From positions 96,001 through 160,000 of the IMG/VR virus record IMGVR_UViG_3300043122_000207: 64,000 bases of DNA; one strand, 5' to 3'. Shown here one piece after another: positions 10,266 to 20,195 of the stretch. The DNA comes from a virus. Every line of letters begins with the position of its first letter. Position 1 is the stretch's first letter. The translations under genes were made by a program, and so were the position numbers. The notes beneath the pieces are model-generated. The model saw nothing but the letters and a program-made list of their open reading frames with translations, had not been told where the DNA came from and searched no databases.

Positions 10266-10293
10266 AGCCAAAAGATGAAAGGGGTGTTGAATC

Positions 10294-11061
10294 GTGGATG
10301 TATACAGAAAAAATTTCTTTAAGAATTTAGGTATATCAGAAGACAAATATAATTTTATTGCAAAGCACATAAGTAACTATGATGATGAGATATCCAGAGA
10401 ATATATAAAATCTAAAAGACTCAGCCCTAAAACAGTAAATAAAATAGATATTGAAAAAATAATATATAGATTAGGGTTTGAAGAATTTTTAAAAGATTTT
10501 AAAATGTATCTTTGGTCTGTTGAAATACCTTCATTAAGGAAGCTGGATGACGTTGTTTTAAAAGAAAGGGTAAAGTCAACTTTATTTTATTACTTGGAGA
10601 CTGAGGTTAGACTTGTCGTTTCTATTTTACACAATAGAGGTATGGATGATATAATCCAACTTGAAAAAGAAAATAATATGCAACATACAAAAACATGGTA
10701 TGATTTGTACCATGATGATCTTGGGTTTTTAAATCAAAATAATAAAATGGATTTTCTCTATAAAATAAAGGATAAAGATGTAAGAGAAGAGGTTGATTTA
10801 TTTTATAGATTCTTCCAAAGAGAAGAGGTTCTATTTTTGTTCCATAAATTCAATAGATATTCTCCAGCAGAAATGAATGCACTATATTTAGATAATGAAA
10901 ATTTAAATGATATACTAGAAATCTATTATCATTTTATAGAAACTTTAATGGACAGGGGATCTGGTATTCATATGAAAGAAGTTGAAGAAATTGTGAAAGA
11001 AGATTATCTAAAAGAAAATAAAGTAAAATATATTTTGAGTGGTGGTCACAATGGATATTGA
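10294..11061 (+). CDS. Hypothetical protein
   Basis: 255-aa ORF, GTG start with AAGGGG RBS. Confidence 0.7.
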   Translation: MDVYRKNFFKNLGISEDKYNFIAKHISNYDDEISREYIKSKRLSPKTVNKIDIEKIIYRLGFEEFLKDFKMYLWSVEIPSLRKLDDVVLKERVKSTLFYYLETEVRLVVSILHNRGMDDIIQLEKENNMQHTKTWYDLYHDDLGFLNQNNKMDFLYKIKDKDVREEVDLFYRFFQREEVLFLFHKFNRYSPAEMNALYLDNENLNDILEIYYHFIETLMDRGSGIHMKEVEEIVKEDYLKENKVKYILSGGHNGY

Positions 11062-11908
11062 TTTATCTAGAAGAATAATGTTTGATCTTTTAAAATTTAA
11101 AGATAATGAAAACATCCATATGGATGAATACAATACAGTAATAATTAATCTAAATAGTGTCTTCTCTACAACATTTTATGAGAGTATGATTAATGAATTT
11201 CTGGTAGATGAAGATAAGATGTCAGAATATGTGTCTTCAGTTAGTGAGATGTTTAAATTGGTTTTAACATCACTTAGAACCAAAAGGGTAATACTTATAT
11301 ATTCAAATGAGGTTTCTAACTTTGTTAAAATATACCCTAAATGGAGACACAACAGATACGATAATAAAAAGAAGAATGAATTTGCAAAGATGATTTTCGA
11401 ACATTTTGTGGATATATTCAACCAATTGAAAAAAGCAAGTCCACTTATAGAAATCATTAATACCAAACAGTTTGACCCGGCTGTTTTCACACACGCTTTC
11501 ATATTACTAAGAGATTACAAAAAAGAAATACTTTTGATTTCAAGAGATAGGTTGGATTTCTTAAACTTAATAAATGAAAACGTGACAATGTTTGATGGGC
11601 AAGAAACATATACAAAAGAAAACTTCTGTGAAAATACAGTTAAGAAATTACCCAATATAGATATAGAGTTCTTAAAATATTATTATACTATCCGGGGTAT
11701 AAAAAAATATGATTATCCAGGTGTGAGGGGTAAAGGAAGAAAGAGGACTATTAAATATATTGAAAGTAATCTTGATAGAATAGTGGATGGTGAAGATGAA
11801 AAGATACACCCATATATAAAGATATTCGATTTTGATTTATTTATTGAAAACTTAGATGAAGAAGAATACCAGACACTTTTAGATATTGTAAATAAGTCTA
11901 AATTCTAA
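11039..11908 (+). CDS. 5'-3' exonuclease / flap endonuclease-like (PIN plus H3TH)
   Basis: IINLNS N-terminal strand, ISRDRLD, and H3TH-like DYPGVRGKGRKRT; true start probably 11051. Confidence 0.55.
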   Translation: MVVTMDIDLSRRIMFDLLKFKDNENIHMDEYNTVIINLNSVFSTTFYESMINEFLVDEDKMSEYVSSVSEMFKLVLTSLRTKRVILIYSNEVSNFVKIYPKWRHNRYDNKKKNEFAKMIFEHFVDIFNQLKKASPLIEIINTKQFDPAVFTHAFILLRDYKKEILLISRDRLDFLNLINENVTMFDGQETYTKENFCENTVKKLPNIDIEFLKYYYTIRGIKKYDYPGVRGKGRKRTIKYIESNLDRIVDGEDEKIHPYIKIFDFDLFIENLDEEEYQTLLDIVNKSKF

Positions 11909-11924
11909 TAGGTTGGTTAAATTT

Positions 11925-11949
11925 AAAGAGGGGTGTACCCTCTTTTTTT
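11925..11949 (+). terminator. Intrinsic terminator
   Basis: AAAGAGGG..CCCTCTTT plus T tract. Confidence 0.8.
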
Positions 11950-11967
11950 GTGAATTAAGCAGTATTC

Positions 11968-11981
11968 AACAACTATATTAG
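11968..11981 (+). promoter_or_regulatory. Late promoter AACAA-N6-TAG
   Basis: AACAACTATATTAG. Confidence 0.65.
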
Positions 11982-12015
11982 ATATCGATTACTTTTATTT
12001 AAGGAGGAAAAATAG

Positions 12016-13083
12016 ATGATTGTAGAACAGCAAATAGGTGAGATTCTCGGTACCATTTTATCTTCTAAGGTTTCTCTATCTATCAAAAAAACATTATTTA
12101 ATACCATATCAAAAAACACTAGCATCACACGTTCTGCTCAGGGTAGTTCTATTGTGTTTCCTGTTATCGCCACAGATGACATCACAAAAGATGTTACCAT
12201 GGAATTAGCGAAATCAGCAGAAGTTAAAATTGCATATGATATTAAAAGAATTTTAGAAAGAGACATTGCATCTGGACCAGATAAGGTAAATTATCAATCC
12301 GTAGTAGAAATGCTTCCTTTTGACAACTCTGGTGCTGTTGATTTGGCAACACTTAATGGTTTAAAAAATAGTGAATTAGATGCTAAGATCACATTAGAGA
12401 GAGAGGCTATTGATTACGTAGCTTCCAGAATTAAAGACGTCAATGTTGAAGTTTATTCAGAAGCTAAATCTTATCTTATTAAAGAAAGAGGTTCTGAACC
12501 AACAAATATTGAAATAGAAGTTAAATATGTTACCGGTGGTAATAAAAATGAAATTAAATCAATAAGATACAATATGGCTATTCAAGCTGTACCTAGATAT
12601 GTGCCAGCGACTACATTAAGGATGAAGTTATCAACATATGATACAAAGAGATTTTTTAAAAGGTTCGTTTCTTTAACAAATCCAGAAAAACATTTCGTTA
12701 AAGATTTTTTAATTGACTATGATGTTATGAAAGAGATGGCTAAAGAAAGAACTAAGAAAAACAGTGTGTTTAAAGAGATAGAGCAAGCCAGACTCAAAAA
12801 AGACATGGGGTTACAAAAATACCCATTCTCAGTATTTCTGGTCACAAAAGATTTTGTAGATAAGTTAGAGTCTTCTGAAAAAATGGACATGTATAATGAA
12901 AGCCAGATGATTATGAAAAAACTGATGGCAATGGGTATCTATATTTATGATACAGATACCGATTTAGTAGAAATCAAATACGATGGAGATAAAGTTTTTA
13001 CAAAATATCCATTTGATGAAGTTGCTAAAGACACCAGTAGATACGAAAAGGAATTAAAACAGTTAGTTAGACTAAATAAATAA
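12016..13083 (+). CDS. Putative virion (head) structural protein
   Basis: Late promoter at 11968-11981; SITRSAQGSSIVFPVIAT pattern recalled from AR9-like virion proteins. Confidence 0.55.
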   Translation: MIVEQQIGEILGTILSSKVSLSIKKTLFNTISKNTSITRSAQGSSIVFPVIATDDITKDVTMELAKSAEVKIAYDIKRILERDIASGPDKVNYQSVVEMLPFDNSGAVDLATLNGLKNSELDAKITLEREAIDYVASRIKDVNVEVYSEAKSYLIKERGSEPTNIEIEVKYVTGGNKNEIKSIRYNMAIQAVPRYVPATTLRMKLSTYDTKRFFKRFVSLTNPEKHFVKDFLIDYDVMKEMAKERTKKNSVFKEIEQARLKKDMGLQKYPFSVFLVTKDFVDKLESSEKMDMYNESQMIMKKLMAMGIYIYDTDTDLVEIKYDGDKVFTKYPFDEVAKDTSRYEKELKQLVRLNK

Positions 13084-13092
13084 TAAAGGAGG

Positions 13093-14088
13093 TTGACATA
13101 TATGGCTGTCACTAATGAAGATGCTTATACATTGTATGCGAGTGAGTTGTCTGAAAAAAGTTATAGAAACTATTATTCAACATTAGTAAAAGAATCCCCC
13201 AGTGATTTTGGTAAGAAAGGTAATACTTCGGATTCTGTTGTTGGGAAAGTTTCAGTGAAACTCATTTCGGCAATCACTAAAAAGATGAAGAAGATAAAGG
13301 TACATGAGATTATGGAGTCCAAAGGTGATATTAAAAAAATAAACTATTATAAAGATTTCACACGTTTAAATAAACTTTTAGAATCATATCAAAAGGGTAT
13401 GAAGAATAAATCCAAATATGCAAATATTTATTTAGACACTTTCGATTTCATGATGAAACACAGAAGAGATTTCAGAAAATCTTTTAAGAACAACGAGGAA
13501 AATGTTATGTCCTTATTTTATGCAGGACTTATTCTTTATATGATAGAGATGGCAACAGTTTTATCATCTGCTCTTTTAGAGTGGGCTAAAGAAGGTGAAG
13601 ATTTAGATAAAACGATTGGTAATAAAAAGGAATTCAAAACTCCTTTCATTAAAACTGAAGATATATTGAGTGATGATGGTTTAAAGAAATTCTTTAAGAT
13701 TGATTTCTCTAAAGAATTGATTGGTGAATCTGATATTTTTAACGGTGAATTTATCACTATGTATTCAGAGGCTTCTTTAAACGATACACTTAGAATTTTT
13801 TCTATGGGACTTGCATATTTATTATATAAGATAACAGCTTTTTTAAGATACATAGTATATCTTTTCTTCTATGCTAAATTTTCTCTGGAAAAGAAAATTG
13901 AAAAGATTAATGACACATTAGATTTATATAGTGAAAAGGATAGTGAGAAAAGAAAAAGAGCAATGGATGAAGCCTCTAAAGAAGATAGACAATATAAGGT
14001 TTCAACTATTGAAGCAGTAAGTGATACAGAAAAACAGATCAAAAAAGATAAAGTTGAAGTTGAAGATGAAGACGGTTTTAGTCTTTAA
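13093..14088 (+). CDS. Putative virion structural protein
   Basis: TTG start after AAGGAGG; co-transcribed with the previous late gene; terminator follows. Confidence 0.5.
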   Translation: MTYMAVTNEDAYTLYASELSEKSYRNYYSTLVKESPSDFGKKGNTSDSVVGKVSVKLISAITKKMKKIKVHEIMESKGDIKKINYYKDFTRLNKLLESYQKGMKNKSKYANIYLDTFDFMMKHRRDFRKSFKNNEENVMSLFYAGLILYMIEMATVLSSALLEWAKEGEDLDKTIGNKKEFKTPFIKTEDILSDDGLKKFFKIDFSKELIGESDIFNGEFITMYSEASLNDTLRIFSMGLAYLLYKITAFLRYIVYLFFYAKFSLEKKIEKINDTLDLYSEKDSEKRKRAMDEASKEDRQYKVSTIEAVSDTEKQIKKDKVEVEDEDGFSL

Positions 14089-14095
14089 AATATAC

Positions 14096-14120
14096 GGTAG
14101 GGGTAAAACCCTACCTTATT
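14096..14120 (+). terminator. Intrinsic terminator
   Basis: GGTAGGGGTAAAACCCTACC plus T-rich tail. Confidence 0.8.
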
Positions 14121-14141
14121 TATTTTTATTATTTTATAACA

Positions 14142-14153
14142 GTTATATATTAT
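14142..14153 (+). promoter_or_regulatory. Early promoter motif
   Basis: GTTATATATTAT after a terminator. Confidence 0.65.
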
Positions 14154-14177
14154 AAGGATAGAAGGAGATGATTATAA

Positions 14178-14492
14178 ATGGAAAAGAGAGCTAAATTTAT
14201 TAAAGAGTATATTGAAAAGGTTGAAAATTTTAGGAATGCAGTAGAGGATTTAGATGGAATCAGAAATGAAATAAGAGAAGAGAATAGAGAACTTTATGAT
14301 ATCATTGATCAAATTGACAGGGTGGTTAGATTATCTAATGACGATTTGGATTTCAGTTTTGATGAAGTGTTTGAACACACTATTAAAAAATGTAGTCTAG
14401 TAAAGATGATAGGTGTTGATAATTTTAATGAGAAGGCAATATGGGACTTGGGCAATACACTATTAGATGAATCAAGAAGGGGTGACGAATAA
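14178..14492 (+). CDS. Hypothetical early protein
   Basis: RBS AAGGAG and early promoter at 14142. Confidence 0.7.
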   Translation: MEKRAKFIKEYIEKVENFRNAVEDLDGIRNEIREENRELYDIIDQIDRVVRLSNDDLDFSFDEVFEHTIKKCSLVKMIGVDNFNEKAIWDLGNTLLDESRRGDE

Positions 14493-14726
14493 ATGTACAC
14501 TGTTAGCTTGAGATTTGATGGTAAGGATAATAATGAAAAAGAAATAGTTGTTCACTCTAATGTCAAACCTGAATTAAAATGGGCGTTGAAAGTAAACCAC
14601 AAAAATATAATCTATATTCTTAGAATTGATGATGTGGTGTTGGATACAACAGCCAATACCGATTACATTATATGCAAGTGTAATGTTTTAAAAAAGATAT
14701 ATGATGGTGGTGAGAAAAATGAATAG
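14493..14726 (+). CDS. Hypothetical protein
   Basis: 77-aa ORF abutting the previous stop. Confidence 0.6.
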   Translation: MYTVSLRFDGKDNNEKEIVVHSNVKPELKWALKVNHKNIIYILRIDDVVLDTTANTDYIICKCNVLKKIYDGGEKNE

Positions 14727-15678
14727 AGATATTAATGTTCGGGATATAGATAATATGAGTGACCTTTCTTTTTATAAAGCTATTGGTACTTGGGGTGGGA
14801 GTTTCTTAGTTTATTATATCAATAATGCTGAACCAAATGAAGAATATGTAAGAAGACTTTCTATGATTAATTTAGTGAGTGAAGATATAATACTTTCCCA
14901 CAAGGAGTTAGAAGTGTTCCATCACCGCTCTAAAGATATATTGCCTGACGGTTTTTCTATTTTAGATGCACTGAGTGTTTTTAAAAATATGGATAAGATA
15001 AAGGTGATTGATTCTATAGGGGATGTTAGTTTCTTGAATAATTTCAATTTTCCTATTAAGGTTGATTTGATAGTAAAAGAAGACATACCAAAATACTTAG
15101 AGTATCTATTTACAGAAAACAAAAATGAATTGCTGGAAGATTTATTTTTAGAGACTATACTAAAAGAAATTTCTAACAATGAAAAAATATACCAATTCGC
15201 ATATGAGATTTTCGAATTTTATGATTACAATATAAATGGGTTTGGTTTACAAGAAAATCCAGGGTATTTTGATTTAGAAAATAAATATAAGGATAAAGAT
15301 TTAAAGATAACGAAAAAAGAAGCAGAAGAAATAGATTTTGATGGTGTTGTCGTATTAGAGGGTTTATCTAAACCTTATATGAAAGATATAGTTGGATGGT
15401 ATATACATGTGCTAGAGGAAGTAGAAGATTTAAAAATAATAAATAAATATAAATTTCTAGGTGGGGATATGGATGATTTGACTAATAAATTATATAGAGC
15501 TATAGTGGATAATCTCATATATTACCATGAAGATGATAATATTAGTTTTTATGATGGTTATACAGATGAGTCTCTATCCATTCATATCGGTATTTCTCCT
15601 ATATTCTATTATGAGAAAGATGAAAGTTTCGAAAATAAAGGTGACTTGATAGATGCAATAATGGGTTATGTATCATAA
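14701..15678 (+). CDS. Hypothetical protein, paralogue family member 1
   Basis: Shares G..F...YIN.......Y..R N-terminal motif with 17568, 19132 and 20196, and C-terminal IFYYEKD with 19132; start probably 14719. Confidence 0.75.
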   Translation: MMVVRKMNRDINVRDIDNMSDLSFYKAIGTWGGSFLVYYINNAEPNEEYVRRLSMINLVSEDIILSHKELEVFHHRSKDILPDGFSILDALSVFKNMDKIKVIDSIGDVSFLNNFNFPIKVDLIVKEDIPKYLEYLFTENKNELLEDLFLETILKEISNNEKIYQFAYEIFEFYDYNINGFGLQENPGYFDLENKYKDKDLKITKKEAEEIDFDGVVVLEGLSKPYMKDIVGWYIHVLEEVEDLKIINKYKFLGGDMDDLTNKLYRAIVDNLIYYHEDDNISFYDGYTDESLSIHIGISPIFYYEKDESFENKGDLIDAIMGYVS

Positions 15679-15705
15679 GCTGGGTTTACACTCAGCTTTT
15701 TTTTA
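15677..15705 (+). terminator. Intrinsic terminator
   Basis: AAGCTGGG..CTCAGCTT plus T tract. Confidence 0.8.
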
Positions 15706-15749
15706 TTTTTCAGTAACAATCTTTTGAAGGATTGTACAAATTCCTTTTG

Positions 15750-15761
15750 ATTATATATTAT
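15750..15761 (+). promoter_or_regulatory. Early promoter motif upstream of nvRNAP beta'
   Basis: ATTATATATTAT. Confidence 0.7.
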
Positions 15762-15823
15762 ATAGACGAAACAAATAAAATATTAAAAGGAAAACAATTT
15801 ATTTATCATAATAAGGAGATGAT

Positions 15824-17194
15824 ATGGAGATGGGTAGAAAAGGACTTAGTTTTTCATTTTTGAATTTAGAAAAATTAGTTAAAAAAGACATTAAGAATGA
15901 AACTGGTTTTATGTTGGATACCAGTATAAACTACCTTTATTTGTACAAAGAGGAAATGTTAATGAGTGATTCTATTTATTCTAGAAAGTTTGGAATAAGT
16001 GAATCAGACCCTAAAAGTATACTGGCTTATCTTTACACATGTAAATGTGAGAATTTATTAGGTCAGAATAATAAAGGGAGAGTTTGTCCTGAGTGTGGTT
16101 ATAAAGTAAAAAAACAAGAGTTCCCAATAACGATAAGAGCTTGGGGTAAAATAGCACCACATAAAATAATGACTTATGCAGGTTTACTACACTTTAGAAC
16201 TGTACTTGGGAGAAAGAACTTTAAGAAATTTTTGAATGGGAAGTTAAAAACAGAGGACGGAAGTAAAATAAAGGTTACAGAATTATATGAGAAATTTGAT
16301 ATAGTTTTAAAGAAGGTAGGTAAATCATCTAAATCAGACACCACTAAATTTCTTTTAAAACACAAAGAAGATTTCTTCACATCGTATATACCTGTGATAA
16401 GTAAGAAAACAAGGTATTTACACAGGAGCGAGAATATCGTTCCCCATTATACAATTCATGATATGAATAGTATATACACATCAATATCTGGTGACATACA
16501 AACTCTAAGGGATTACTGTGATAGAGAAAATACCCCAAAGATTACAGAAAATACTGTTAGAGCTATACAGAGAAAATACTGGGATTTAAACGACAACTTA
16601 ATAACAGAAATAGTCGGTGGGGGTAAAGAAAAGATATTACGTAACGAGATATTCGCAACAAGATTACCCTTTACTTCACGTTGTGTGATTGTGCCACATG
16701 TCACCAAACATATTGATGCGATAACTGTACCTTATGATGTCTTTAGAGGTATATTTAGAAGAGAGATATTTGATGTTCTAGTCAATAATGGGATGCCAGT
16801 AGATAGAGCTTATAGGTTTATTGATATTAATATCGATCTAAGAGAAGACGATAAGAAAGTTCTTGATGAGATACTGGAAAAAGATATCGAGAACAATTAT
16901 GTTCTCGTCAATAGACAACCGACATTAAAATTTGAATCCACCAAATCATTGAGGATATCAAGTCTCGAAGATGAAAATGTATTAAGGATACCTTCTGTTC
17001 TGCTTGAAGGATACAATGGTGATCATGACGGTGATGCACTTACTATGACACACCAAGATAGAGATTTATATATGGACATCCATGTGTATATGCAACCTAA
17101 AGTACACATAGTAGATTATAAAAGGAAAGTTAATGAGGGGTTAAGTCTAATAAAATCTCAGTCATTAATATTTAAATCTAGTTTAGAAGAGTAG
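15824..17194 (+). CDS. Non-virion RNA polymerase beta' subunit, N-terminal/catalytic part (phiKZ gp55 / AR9 gp270-like)
   Basis: Zn finger CKC..CPECG, SRCVIVP, NRQPTL and catalytic loop YNGDHDGD; early promoter at 15750. Confidence 0.9.
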   Translation: MEMGRKGLSFSFLNLEKLVKKDIKNETGFMLDTSINYLYLYKEEMLMSDSIYSRKFGISESDPKSILAYLYTCKCENLLGQNNKGRVCPECGYKVKKQEFPITIRAWGKIAPHKIMTYAGLLHFRTVLGRKNFKKFLNGKLKTEDGSKIKVTELYEKFDIVLKKVGKSSKSDTTKFLLKHKEDFFTSYIPVISKKTRYLHRSENIVPHYTIHDMNSIYTSISGDIQTLRDYCDRENTPKITENTVRAIQRKYWDLNDNLITEIVGGGKEKILRNEIFATRLPFTSRCVIVPHVTKHIDAITVPYDVFRGIFRREIFDVLVNNGMPVDRAYRFIDINIDLREDDKKVLDEILEKDIENNYVLVNRQPTLKFESTKSLRISSLEDENVLRIPSVLLEGYNGDHDGDALTMTHQDRDLYMDIHVYMQPKVHIVDYKRKVNEGLSLIKSQSLIFKSSLEE

Positions 17195-17196
17195 GT

Positions 17197-17571
17197 GTGG
17201 TTATGTATATATACGATCATAAAGATCTATTGGGGTGTATGAACCCCAACGATATCCTACCAAAAACAAGGGTTAGGTTATTGATGGAAAATGATTTTTT
17301 GTATTATTTGTACGCTCCTTGTAGTGGAGAGAGTGTTAAAATCTTTTATTATAGAAAAATGGAAAAGATAAAAGACGAGAATGATGCAAGGAAATTGATT
17401 AACCATATTATGAATATGCGTAAAGATAACCTTCATAGAATCTTGGGGGATGAAATCTTTTTGAATGATTTGATTGAAGGGTTAACATTTGATCTTGATG
17501 TGAATATAGAAAAATATAACTTGATAGATTATATTGCATATGAAAAATATAGATATCATAATGGAGGATGA
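17197..17571 (+). CDS. Hypothetical protein
   Basis: 124-aa ORF coupled to the beta' stop. Confidence 0.6.
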   Translation: MVMYIYDHKDLLGCMNPNDILPKTRVRLLMENDFLYYLYAPCSGESVKIFYYRKMEKIKDENDARKLINHIMNMRKDNLHRILGDEIFLNDLIEGLTFDLDVNIEKYNLIDYIAYEKYRYHNGG

Positions 17572-18443
17572 TTTCAATGTATAATTCTGGTGAGGTTTTG
17601 ACAGACAAAGAATATAGAAATTTATATGGGATGTATGGGTTTGATTTTATAGCAGATTATATAAATAAATGTCAAAATGAAAAAGAAGTTGGAAGAAGGG
17701 TGCATTCTTTAAAAAGGAATTTCGAAAAATTAAAAGAATGTAACAGGTATCTTTCTTTTCAAAAGATGCTTTTAGTTGATAATGGTGATGTGAAATCCCA
17801 TTACAAAAAAAGTTGTTCGAGAATCCATAACGAATTGGTCGGTTTATTTGATAAACTTGACAAAGAAAAAATAATAAAAATTATAGGGGATAAAAAATTC
17901 TTAGATATATTTCTACACGCTATCATTATAGATATGCGTTCTTTTAAAGGTGATTCGCTTCCAGAATATTTTAAAATGTTGGATGATAAGATATCTAAAA
18001 AAATAATCTATGAGTTTATCTATTCGAATTTTATTGGGAATAAGAAAATCAAATCAACATTATATGGTCTTTATAAGAAATTATTTGAAAACAAATATAA
18101 ACCTGAACTCGATAGTGAAAGAATCGGTGGAGGGATGTTACCCCTCGGGAAAGGTGGTTTCAATAAAATACTAGAGAGTTTGGATGGTGATAATTTCAAA
18201 GACTTTATAAATGAGATAATTCCAACTATAAAATATTATGGTTTGGTAGTCAACAAAGATGAACTTATAGAAAAACTGATAATAAAAATGTTGAGAAATT
18301 TCATACACATTGAAGGGGTTGATAAAGAAAAATACAACCTTTTGACATCACCGTTATTTGTGATAGAGACAAGTGATAAAAACATAGACATTGTGTATCA
18401 GAACCTGTATGAAAAGTTGATGGAAAGTAAATATTATGACTGA
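17568..18443 (+). CDS. Hypothetical protein, paralogue family member 2
   Basis: YGMYGFDFIADYINK..EVGRRV motif shared with the family. Confidence 0.7.
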   Translation: MISMYNSGEVLTDKEYRNLYGMYGFDFIADYINKCQNEKEVGRRVHSLKRNFEKLKECNRYLSFQKMLLVDNGDVKSHYKKSCSRIHNELVGLFDKLDKEKIIKIIGDKKFLDIFLHAIIIDMRSFKGDSLPEYFKMLDDKISKKIIYEFIYSNFIGNKKIKSTLYGLYKKLFENKYKPELDSERIGGGMLPLGKGGFNKILESLDGDNFKDFINEIIPTIKYYGLVVNKDELIEKLIIKMLRNFIHIEGVDKEKYNLLTSPLFVIETSDKNIDIVYQNLYEKLMESKYYD

Positions 18444-18461
18444 ACCTAAGGTGTGGTGTGA

Positions 18462-19124
18462 ATGTACCAAAAAATAAAGATAACCGAATATGATATAAGA
18501 AAAGCTAATATCAACGTCTTATTTTCTGGTGGTTTAATATCAGAAGAAAAATATACAGAGTTAAAAAATTCTGATAAAAAAACAAGAGTGGTCAAAGTTG
18601 GGATGATGTTTAGAGACGACAAGGAATTATATAATGCTTTTACAAAAAGGTTAAAAAGATTTGTGAAAACATTTATTGAAGATAATGGTTTAGAAGATAA
18701 CATTTATGAAGTTGTAAAGGATGCGGTTTGGGTTTATGGTCGCTATCCTACAAAAAGAAAATACAATGATTATATAGAGTTTGTAAAAAAGAGAATCGCA
18801 ACATCTGTTTTACCTTTAGGGATACAGAGTGTGGTTTTCTATTATAACTCATTAGAAGGAGATTTCTTCCAGAGAGGTTTGGGGGATGTTACTCTGGACG
18901 AATATCCTTTTTTAAATAAAGTTAAAATGTTTATGGCATTAAAAGAAAGTAACCAATATAAAACTCTTTATGAAAGACTACACAAATATGAATTAAAATA
19001 TTTGAGAGGAGAGTTGAATAGAAAACATCGAAAGAGCATCTTAAAAAAGAAATATCAAGAGGGTGTGGTAAAAGAAGATGACAATTACAGAATAATAAAA
19101 ATAATGGTTAATAAACTGTTATAA
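18462..19124 (+). CDS. Small DNA-polymerase-palm-like protein (tentative)
   Basis: EYDIRKANIN and VVKDAVWV resemble polymerase motifs A and C; only 220 aa. Confidence 0.35.
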   Translation: MYQKIKITEYDIRKANINVLFSGGLISEEKYTELKNSDKKTRVVKVGMMFRDDKELYNAFTKRLKRFVKTFIEDNGLEDNIYEVVKDAVWVYGRYPTKRKYNDYIEFVKKRIATSVLPLGIQSVVFYYNSLEGDFFQRGLGDVTLDEYPFLNKVKMFMALKESNQYKTLYERLHKYELKYLRGELNRKHRKSILKKKYQEGVVKEDDNYRIIKIMVNKLL

Positions 19125-19131
19125 AGGGAGT

Positions 19132-20121
19132 GTGTGTATAATGGGAAATTTTCCAAACACATTAAGAAGAAGAGATGATATAGGAGGATTAGATGTTATC
19201 AATGTCGATAATATATCTAATTTAGAATTTTCTAAATTAATTGGAGAGTATGGGTATGTATTTTTATTAAAGTATATTAATGAAGCCAAAACTAATAAAG
19301 AGTATTGTGAAAGGATAAAAAATCTAAAGATTTCTTTTCCTTATGATCGACTATATGGGTCAGACAATGATAAAGATAAGATAGTCAGAACTTTCTTTGA
19401 ATCGATTTTCTTTTATAAACATTTGGATAAAAGGAAACTGATAGATGCTATGGGTAATGAAGATTTTGTATATCGATTTGCAAACCTTATAGCTCTAGAT
19501 ATCATATATTCTACAGATGAAAATGGGATCTTAGTTAATCTACCAGAGTACATCGAATATATTAAAAACTCTGATCTTTTATTAAGTTGCGTTGAAAATA
19601 TAGTGATTAACGATTCGGTTTTTATTGAACGTATAATGGATAAAGCTAAAAACATTTGGGGTTACCTTTTTAAAGAAAGTCATTTAGAAAGTAATGATAA
19701 GGCTTTATTTGATAAATCAACAGGGGAGTTAATAAACCACCCCAATTATGATGAACATGGTATTGGTATTTATGATGAGGACACACTTTACCTGTCACCG
19801 TTGACAGATATCGATATGGCCAATATTGCAAAAATGCTTAAGGATTTTAGGGGTATACTTTATCAACACCCTCTATATCCCTTCATAAGACATATTGCAG
19901 AAACGAATGATTATTTCAATGATGAATATTCTTTGGATGTGTTCTTTATGGATTCAACCCTACACGGGTTAATATACTTCTACGATCCTGAAGGTGAGAT
20001 GTCTAATTTAAGAAGTCAAGGTTGGTTACTAGATTATATTTTTTATTATGAAAAAGATGATAGGTTCACAAATTATGATGACCTATTCTATTATATAATA
20101 GAAATGGTTGATATGCCATAA
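19132..20121 (+). CDS. Hypothetical protein, paralogue family member 3
   Basis: IGEYGYVFLLKYINE..EYCERI and C-terminal IFYYEKDD. Confidence 0.75.
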   Translation: MCIMGNFPNTLRRRDDIGGLDVINVDNISNLEFSKLIGEYGYVFLLKYINEAKTNKEYCERIKNLKISFPYDRLYGSDNDKDKIVRTFFESIFFYKHLDKRKLIDAMGNEDFVYRFANLIALDIIYSTDENGILVNLPEYIEYIKNSDLLLSCVENIVINDSVFIERIMDKAKNIWGYLFKESHLESNDKALFDKSTGELINHPNYDEHGIGIYDEDTLYLSPLTDIDMANIAKMLKDFRGILYQHPLYPFIRHIAETNDYFNDEYSLDVFFMDSTLHGLIYFYDPEGEMSNLRSQGWLLDYIFYYEKDDRFTNYDDLFYYIIEMVDMP

Positions 20122-20127
20122 ACTATA

Positions 20128-20153
20128 AAGCAGGGGTAAAACCCTGCTTTTTT
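20128..20153 (+). terminator. Intrinsic terminator
   Basis: AAGCAGGGGTAAAACCCTGCTT plus T tract. Confidence 0.85.
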
Positions 20154-20195
20154 AAGTGTCAAACTTCATTTAAACAAAACAAACTAATAAAGGGG

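Noticed and set aside
14701-15678. Chimallin (nuclear shell) expected directly upstream of nvRNAP beta' as in phiKZ
   Set aside because: The gene in this position is about 320 aa, belongs to the local paralogue family and is separated by a terminator; no chimallin- or PhuZ-like ORF was recognised in this window
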